This document shows, piece after piece, positions 58,365 to 64,000 of a stretch of DNA of 64,000 nt; within the stretch, counting starts at the first letter, position 1; each line of letters starts with the position of its first letter. The notes under the pieces are model-generated. The model was not told where the DNA came from. It ran no database searches and was given only the letters and a program-made list of their open reading frames with translations. The DNA is taken from NCBI GenBank assembly GCA_963706385.1, contig OY970153.1, positions 943,578 to 1,007,577 of the forward strand, written 5' to 3'. The translations under genes were made by a program, and so were the position numbers. The stretch comes from an uncultured Alphaproteobacteria bacterium. Lineage in GTDB: Bacteria; Pseudomonadota; Alphaproteobacteria; Caulobacterales; Caulobacteraceae.

Positions 58365-58607
58365 CTAGAAGCTGTCGTTCATCTCGGCCTCGAACATCTC
58401 CAGCACCTCGCGAGCCTCGCGCTCTTCCAGCGTCAGGCCGTCGTCGGCGTCCGCCTCGGCCTCCAGGGCGGAGAAGGCGGCTTCCGGGACCAGCCGGGCG
58501 ATCACCACGCCGCCGCGGCGAACCAGGACGCCATAGCCCGCATCGATGGTCGCTATCATCTCGGCGAACCGGGCCGGGCCTTCCTCGATGTCGATCTCGA
58601 ACAGCAT
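58365..58607 (-). CDS. Small acidic protein with a Phd/YefM-antitoxin-like N-terminus (no adjacent toxin gene)
   Basis: MLFEIDIEEGPARFAEMIATIDAGYGVLVRRGGVVIARLVPE follows the pattern f.elld.v..g..v.I.r.GkpvA.LvP. The C-terminus is acidic. Confidence 0.4.
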   Translation of the reverse strand: MLFEIDIEEGPARFAEMIATIDAGYGVLVRRGGVVIARLVPEAAFSALEAEADADDGLTLEEREAREVLEMFEAEMNDSF

Positions 58608-58697
58608 GGCGCGAGTTTAGGCGCGCGATCCCCGGCCGCAAAGGCGTGACAGCGGCGAAGGCAGGCCCTAGCTTCCGCCCGCACCGTGGAGCGCGAC

Positions 58698-60227
58698 ATG
58701 GCCTATCGCTCGCTGAGGGATTTCATCGCCAAGCTGGAGGCGGCGGGCGAGCTGGCGCGGGTGAAGGAGCCCGTCTCCACGGTTCTTGAAATGACCGAAA
58801 TCTGCACCCGCCTCCTGGCCGAAGGCGGGCCGGCGGTGCTGTTCGAAAACCCCGTCCGAGCCGACGGCGAGCGCTCGACCATGCCCTGCCTGGTCAACCT
58901 GTTCGGCACGGTCAAGCGGGTGGCCATGGGCGTCACCCTGGACGGGATCGAGCGCACCACCGCGGGCGAACTGCGCGAAGTGGGCGAACTTCTGGCCTTC
59001 CTGCGCCAGCCCGAGCCGCCGAGGGGCCTGAAGGATGCCTTGGGCATGCTGCCGCTGGCCCGCACCGTGATGGGCATGCGGCCCAAGACGGTGCGAAATG
59101 CGCCGGTGCAGGAGATCGTGCTGACCGGCGAGGACATCGACCTTGGCAAGCTGCCGATCCAGACCTGCTGGCCAGGCGAGCCGGCGCCCCTGATCACCTG
59201 GCCGCTGGTGGTCACCAAGGGGCCCTCCGAGAGCCGCGAGGACGATTTCAACCTCGGCATCTACCGCATGCAGGTGGTGGGCCGGGACCGCACCCTGATG
59301 CGCTGGCTGGCCCACCGGGGCGGCGCCCAGCACCACCGGCGCTGGAAGGCGGCCGGCCGGCCCGAGCCGCTGCCCGCCTGCGTCGTCCTGGGGGCCGACC
59401 CCGGGACCATCCTGGCAGCCGTCACCCCGGTGCCCGACACCCTTTCGGAGTACCAGTTCGCCGGCCTGCTGCGCGGGGCCAAGGTCGAGCTGGTCGCGGC
59501 CAAGACCGTGCCGCTCATGGTGCCCGCCGAGGCCGAGATCGTGCTCGAAGGCCACGTGCTGTTGGACGACTACGCCGACGAGGGGCCCTATGGCGACCAC
59601 ACCGGTTATTACAATTCGGTCGAGCGGTTCCCGATCTTCCAGCTCAGCGCCATCACCATGCGGCGCGAGCCGATCTATCTGACCACCTTCACCGGCCGGC
59701 CGCCCGACGAGCCCAGCGTCCTAGGCGAGGCGCTGAACGAGGTGTTCATTCCCCTGCTCCAGCAGCAGTTCCCGGAGATCGTCGACTTCTGGCTGCCGCC
59801 CGAGGGCTGCAGCTATCGCATCGCGGTGGTGTCGATCAAGAAAGCCTACCCCGGCCACGCCAAGCGGGTGATGCTGGGGGTGTGGTCGTATCTGCGTCAG
59901 TTCACGTACACCAAATGGGTGATCGTGGTGGACGAGGACATCGACGCGCGCGACTGGAAGGACGTGATGTGGGCGGTCGCGACCCGGATGGACCCGGCCC
60001 GCGACATCACCCTGATCGAGAACACCCCGATCGACTACCTGGACTTCGCCTCGCCCGAAGCGGGCCTCGGCTCCAAGATCGGGCTGGACGCGACCAACAA
60101 ATGGCCCCCGGAGACCAAGCGCGAATGGGGCGCCAAGATCGCCATGGACCCCGAGGTGGTGCGCACGGTCAGCGAGAAGTGGGAAAGCCTCGGCTTGCCG
60201 GGCCCCGGCCGGCCGATCTGGCGCTGA
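58698..60227 (+). CDS. ubiD: UbiD-family decarboxylase (4-hydroxy-3-polyprenylbenzoate decarboxylase)
   Basis: [35 protein letters not shown]…GPAVLFENP…NLGIYRMQV… The track ORF begins 4 codons earlier, at 58686. Confidence 0.9.
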   Translation: MAYRSLRDFIAKLEAAGELARVKEPVSTVLEMTEICTRLLAEGGPAVLFENPVRADGERSTMPCLVNLFGTVKRVAMGVTLDGIERTTAGELREVGELLAFLRQPEPPRGLKDALGMLPLARTVMGMRPKTVRNAPVQEIVLTGEDIDLGKLPIQTCWPGEPAPLITWPLVVTKGPSESREDDFNLGIYRMQVVGRDRTLMRWLAHRGGAQHHRRWKAAGRPEPLPACVVLGADPGTILAAVTPVPDTLSEYQFAGLLRGAKVELVAAKTVPLMVPAEAEIVLEGHVLLDDYADEGPYGDHTGYYNSVERFPIFQLSAITMRREPIYLTTFTGRPPDEPSVLGEALNEVFIPLLQQQFPEIVDFWLPPEGCSYRIAVVSIKKAYPGHAKRVMLGVWSYLRQFTYTKWVIVVDEDIDARDWKDVMWAVATRMDPARDITLIENTPIDYLDFASPEAGLGSKIGLDATNKWPPETKREWGAKIAMDPEVVRTVSEKWESLGLPGPGRPIWR

Positions 60228-60302
60228 TCTTCGCCGTCTAGACCGCGCACGAATTTCCGCCGCCGAGTTGCGAAGCGCCCTCGCCATCGCCCATATGGCG
60301 GC

Positions 60303-61634
60303 ATGAGCGAAAATCTGTTGCATGAGGTGATCGCCGCCGCGCTGAAGGCCGGCGCCGATGCGGCTGAGGCGGTGCTGGCCGAACGCCAGTCGCTGTCGGT
60401 GGGCGTGCGCCTGAACGAACTGGAAGAGGTCGAGCGCGAGGAGGCCCGCGACCTCGGGCTTCGGGTGTTCATCGGCCGCCAGCAAGCGACGGTTTCCGCC
60501 TCGGACATTTCCGCACCCGCGCGCGCCAAGCTGATCGAGCGGGCGGTGGCCATGGCCCGGCTGGCGCCGGAGGACCGCTACGCCGGCCTCGCGCCGGAAG
60601 ACCGTCTCGCCAAGGGTCCGTTTCCTGATCTCGACCTGTTCGACCCGACCGAGCCGGCCGCCGACGCGCTGGAGGCGCAGGCCCGCGCCGCCGAGGCCGC
60701 CGCGCGCGCGGTGCCGGGGGTGACCAACAGCGACGGCGGATCGGCGAGCTGGTCGGCCTCGTCATGGCTGCTGGCCACCAGCGCCGGCTTTGTGGGCCGC
60801 CACCAAGCGTCCGGCTTTTCACTTTCGACCTCGGTGATCGCCGGCGAGGGCGCGGGCATGGAGCGTGGCGGCGAGGGCCGCAGCCAGCGCTGGCGCGCCG
60901 ACCTGCCGGCGGCGGACGTCATCGGCGCGGAGGCCGGCCATCGGGCGGTCGCCCGGCTCGGCGCGCACAAGATCGCCTCGACCACCGCGCCGGTGATCTT
61001 CGAGAACCGACTGGCCGCCTCCCTCATCTCGCCGTTGATCGGAGCCATCGCCGGCCCCTCGATCGCCCGCGGGACCTCGTTCTTGAAGGACAAGCTGGGC
61101 CAGCCGGTGTTCGCGGCCGACGTCACCCTGACCGAAGATCCGCACCGCCCCCGCGGCCTGGGCTCCAGCCCGTTCGACGACGAGGGCGTGGCCAATCGCA
61201 AGCGCGCCCTGATCGACAAGGGGATCCTGACCACCTGGCTGCTCAACTGCGCCTCGGCCCGCCAACTCGGCCTCGAGACCACCGGCCACGCCTCGCGGGG
61301 CCTGGCCGGCCCACCGGGGGTGTCGCCGACCAACCTGACGCTTGAGCCGGGAACACGCGATCTGGCCGGACTGATGGCCGACGCCAAGGCCGGGCTTCTG
61401 GTCACCTCGATGTTCGGCCCCTCGCTGAATGGCAACACCGGCGACTGGTCGGTCGGGGTCTCGGGATTCTGGTTCGAAGCCGGCGAGATCGCCTATCCGG
61501 TGACCGAGATCACCGTGGCCGGAAACTTGGTCGACATCTACCGGCGCATCGTGGTCGGCTCGGACTTGGAGCTGCGCGGGGCGGCCAATTCGCCCTCGCT
61601 GCTGATCGACGACCTCGCGATCGCGGGTCGATGA
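60303..61634 (+). CDS. pmbA: TldD/PmbA-family metalloprotease (PmbA/TldE-like)
   Basis: 443 aa. …EAVLAERQSLSVGVRLNELEEVEREEARDLGLRVFIG… and the C-terminus …GDWSVGVSGFWFEAGEIAYPV…. Confidence 0.8.
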   Translation: MSENLLHEVIAAALKAGADAAEAVLAERQSLSVGVRLNELEEVEREEARDLGLRVFIGRQQATVSASDISAPARAKLIERAVAMARLAPEDRYAGLAPEDRLAKGPFPDLDLFDPTEPAADALEAQARAAEAAARAVPGVTNSDGGSASWSASSWLLATSAGFVGRHQASGFSLSTSVIAGEGAGMERGGEGRSQRWRADLPAADVIGAEAGHRAVARLGAHKIASTTAPVIFENRLAASLISPLIGAIAGPSIARGTSFLKDKLGQPVFAADVTLTEDPHRPRGLGSSPFDDEGVANRKRALIDKGILTTWLLNCASARQLGLETTGHASRGLAGPPGVSPTNLTLEPGTRDLAGLMADAKAGLLVTSMFGPSLNGNTGDWSVGVSGFWFEAGEIAYPVTEITVAGNLVDIYRRIVVGSDLELRGAANSPSLLIDDLAIAGR

Positions 61635-62434
61635 GCCAAGCCGATCTCGAGTTGATCGGCAAGGCCGCCAAAGTCGCCGGCGAACGGGCCCAGGCCGTGC
61701 GCCACGCGGGTCTGAGCACCACTATCAAGCCCGACGGCACGCCGGTGACCAACGCCGACCTGGAAGTCGACGCTCTACTGAAGGCGCTTCTTACTTCGGC
61801 TCGTCCGGATTATGGCTGGCTGTCCGAGGAAACCGCCGACGATCCGGCGCGGCTCGGCCGCCGGCGTCTGTTCGTGGTCGATCCGATCGACGGCACCAGC
61901 GCCTATCTGAAGAACCGGCCCTGGTGGTCGGTGTCGATCGCCGTGGTCGAGGCCGGACGGCCGACCGCCGGCGTGGTGCACGCGCCCGACATGGCGGAGA
62001 CCTACCAGGCCCTAGCCGGCGCCGGCGCCACGCGCAACGGCGCGCCGATCGCCCCCAGCGACGCGACCGCCATCGAAGGCTGCGCCATGCTGGGCGACAA
62101 GCCGATGTTCGCCCATCCGGCCTGGCCCGAGCCCTGGCCGGCGATGCGGATCGAGACCCGCAACTCCATCGCCTACCGCCTCTGCCTGGTGGCCTCGGGT
62201 GCGTTCGACGCGGCGCTGGCGCTGTCGTCGAAGAGCGAATGGGACCTGGCGGCCGCCGACCTGATCGCCACCGAGGCCGGCTGTCTGGTCACCACGCACA
62301 AGGGCGCGCCGATGGCCTACAACCGCCTCGTTCCTTCCGCCGCGAGCCTGGTCTGCGCCGGCCCGGCGCTGCACCGGTTGATCTTGCGGCGCCTGGAGCC
62401 TATCGACCTACCCGGCTCAACCCAGGCGGACTGA
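61631..62434 (+). CDS. Inositol monophosphatase / CysQ-family phosphatase
   Basis: …WLSEETADD…VVDPIDGTSAY…WDLAAADLI… are the IMPase motifs. ATGA overlap with pmbA. Confidence 0.8.
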   Translation: MSQADLELIGKAAKVAGERAQAVRHAGLSTTIKPDGTPVTNADLEVDALLKALLTSARPDYGWLSEETADDPARLGRRRLFVVDPIDGTSAYLKNRPWWSVSIAVVEAGRPTAGVVHAPDMAETYQALAGAGATRNGAPIAPSDATAIEGCAMLGDKPMFAHPAWPEPWPAMRIETRNSIAYRLCLVASGAFDAALALSSKSEWDLAAADLIATEAGCLVTTHKGAPMAYNRLVPSAASLVCAGPALHRLILRRLEPIDLPGSTQAD

Positions 62435-62440
62435 TTCTTC

Positions 62441-62692
62441 ATGCCCCACCGTCAGCTGTTGCACATCGTCATCGGCGGCGAACTCAAGGACATCGGCGCC
62501 ACCGAATTCCGCGACCTCGACAAGGTCGAACTGGTCGGCGCCTACCCCAGCTACGCCGAGGCCCGCAAGGCCTGGGCCGCCCGCGCCCAGGCCACCGTGG
62601 ACAACGCACTGATGCGCTTCTTCATCATCCACGCCCACAAGCTGCTCGACCCGGCCGAACCGTCCGAACTCGGGGAGGACGACGACCACTAG
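62441..62692 (+). CDS. DUF4170-family protein
   Basis: LLHIVIGGELKDIGATEFRDLDKVELVGAYPSYAEARKAWAARAQATVDNALMRFFIIHAHKLL is the conserved alphaproteobacterial small-protein pattern. Confidence 0.75.
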   Translation: MPHRQLLHIVIGGELKDIGATEFRDLDKVELVGAYPSYAEARKAWAARAQATVDNALMRFFIIHAHKLLDPAEPSELGEDDDH

Positions 62693-62717
62693 CGGCGCCC
62701 CGTGGCCTTGGCGGGGC

Positions 62718-63170
62718 TCAGCCCCTCGCCCTGCCTTTGCCGACCGCGCCCAGGTGGGTGCGTCCGAAACCCGCCGCATATTTCAGGCCGTAGCCAAGCA
62801 GCCGGTCGAAGCCGATGTGGGCCGCCCAGATCAAGGCGAGGGCCACGAGCGTTGAATGCGAGAGCAGGACGCCGCAGGCTCCGAGACAGGCGGGGAGGAC
62901 ATAGCCGTGGCCGAGGTTGTAGGTCACCGCGCCGACCTTGCGACCCCACAGATAACCCAGCATCGACAGGTCCGGCGCGAGGAACAGCAGCGCGAACAGC
63001 GGCCAGCCGCCGCCCACCCTCGCGTAGGCCGCCGCCGCCACAGCCAGGACCACCGCGCCTTCCAGCCGCAAGATCGCCCTCGGCGCCCCCGTCACACAGC
63101 CTTCGGACGAGGCGGCCCCGAGCGGGCCGGAGACATCGTCGATGCCGCTGTGAATGGCGTGCGTGGACAT
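62718..63170 (-). CDS. DUF4260-family membrane protein
   Basis: …ILRLEGAVVLAVAAAAYA…LFLAPDLSMLGYL…YNLGHGYVLP…AHIGFDRLLGYGLKY… The start is uncertain; the track starts at 63251. Confidence 0.65.
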   Translation of the reverse strand: MSTHAIHSGIDDVSGPLGAASSEGCVTGAPRAILRLEGAVVLAVAAAAYARVGGGWPLFALLFLAPDLSMLGYLWGRKVGAVTYNLGHGYVLPACLGACGVLLSHSTLVALALIWAAHIGFDRLLGYGLKYAAGFGRTHLGAVGKGRARG

Positions 63171-63302
63171 GGCGGCGATCCGGCTCCGGCGGCGGGTCCG
63201 ATGCTGGACCGCCGTCATCCTGGCGCCGGCCGCCGTCATGCGCGATTGCATAATACCGTTTGGTCGTTCGTCAGAAACCTATAGCGAGCGCCGGCGCGGC
63301 CG

Positions 63303-63968
63303 CTACTCCCGCCTCAGCAGCCGTTCGCTCAGCAGCGTGCCCCACCAACTGGCGCGGAAGTCGGCCTTGATCTTCACCGGGTCATAAGCCGGGCTTTGCA
63401 CCCAGCTGAGGAAGCTCAATCCCTTGACCTCGCCCTCGACCAGATAGAGGTCGAAGATGTAGTCCAGCACCCCGGTCTTGCCGTGGCGCACGTGCATGTA
63501 GCGCGGCGAGAGCTGCTCCATCGCCTGGCGGATCGGCTGGCCGAGGCGGAAGTGGGCGTAGAGCACGCCCATGATCCCGGCCCGGTCCGCGCCCGACTTG
63601 CAATGCATCACCGCTGGGTATTCGACCGTCTCGAACAGCTCGCGCGCGGCCAGCACCTGGGCCTTGGACGGCACGTCGCGCGAGGTGACGGTGAAGTTCA
63701 CCAGCTTCAGCCCGAGCCGCTCGCAGGCCCGCCGCTCCAGCGCATAGAAGCTGGCGTCGAACCCGCCGCGCAGATTGATGATGGTCTTGATCCCGTCGCG
63801 CTTCCAGCGCTTGAGCTGGAACGGCCAGGGCTGGTTGGTGCGCACCAGCTCGCGGCTGATCCAGTGGGCGTTCTGGAAGCCCAGACGCAGATAGGCGTGG
63901 TCGTTCCACAGATAGTCCAGACAGGCGATGAATCGCCCGCGGGCCTTGGTCAGATCGAATGTCCGCAC
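63303..63968 (-). CDS. Protein tyrosine / dual-specificity phosphatase-domain protein
   Basis: HCKSGADRAG is the C-x5-R active-site loop. 221 aa. Confidence 0.8.
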   Translation of the reverse strand: MRTFDLTKARGRFIACLDYLWNDHAYLRLGFQNAHWISRELVRTNQPWPFQLKRWKRDGIKTIINLRGGFDASFYALERRACERLGLKLVNFTVTSRDVPSKAQVLAARELFETVEYPAVMHCKSGADRAGIMGVLYAHFRLGQPIRQAMEQLSPRYMHVRHGKTGVLDYIFDLYLVEGEVKGLSFLSWVQSPAYDPVKIKADFRASWWGTLLSERLLRRE

Positions 63969-64000
63969 GGGTGATCCTTCAAACGCGTCCCTAAGTAGGG

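Larger units (their letters stand above)
56882..58368 (+). pseudogene. Class I SAM-dependent methyltransferase (COG3897-like) interrupted by an 827-bp insertion
   Basis: The 5-prime part (56882-57052) encodes VIADHRGFILANT…EEQLGEIGLPPPFWAFAW. The 3-prime part (57880-58368) encodes FAWAGGQALARYLLDHPAEVAGKRVLDFAAGSGLVGIAAMKAGA…GDPGRSYF… Joined, they give the conserved PPPFWAFAWAGGQALARY. After the junction the upstream frame reads VKDQVGTFPRFE*. Confidence 0.75.

Overview
A 64-kb, high-G+C chromosomal segment of an alphaproteobacterium. It looks Caulobacterales-like, judged from the gene set (DUF1476 and DUF4170 proteins, the purC-S-Q-L/bolA/grxD arrangement) and from GAAC-N7-GAAC LexA boxes; this is an inference, not a database result.

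The backbone is ordinary housekeeping:
- a glyoxylate-shunt pair (aceA, aceB) with a divergent RamB/ScfR-like regulator
- a FadB-like enzyme and glycolate oxidase glcDEF
- a CoxMSL-type molybdo-hydroxylase operon ending in a MoaD/ThiS-like gene
- the pur cluster (purB, purC, purS, purQ, purL)
- map, radC, grxD, rpsD, icd, ubiA, ubiD, pmbA and assorted oxidoreductases

Most long ORFs in the supplied track are Arg/Gly/Pro-rich antisense shadows and are not reported.

The interesting content is a set of small insertions that look AT-richer by eye, plus several gene remnants:
1. A 2.6-kb IS1595-family transposon with a perfect 8-bp target duplication. It carries four cargo ORFs, one a HEPN-like (R-x4-H) protein, and sits in the -35 region of a LexA-box promoter.
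2. Next to tRNA-Leu(UAA), a duplicated LexA-box promoter/RBS cassette. The second copy heads an orphan two-gene module. A tRNA 5-prime-half pseudo-copy lies beside it, with homology that stops in the anticodon loop.
3. sfsA, whose 3-prime third is present twice as diverged direct repeats around an orphan ORF. The architecture resembles e14/icd.
4. A methyltransferase gene split by an 827-bp cassette carrying two convergent small ORFs.
5. A REP-associated tyrosine transposase (RAYT) flanked by imperfect inverted repeats.
6. An apparent +1 frameshift in purL, a deleted and frameshifted SDR pseudogene, and several small gene fragments.

No CRISPR array, rRNA gene or prophage structural genes were seen. 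All functional calls rest on recognising motifs and families in the translations. No searches were run.
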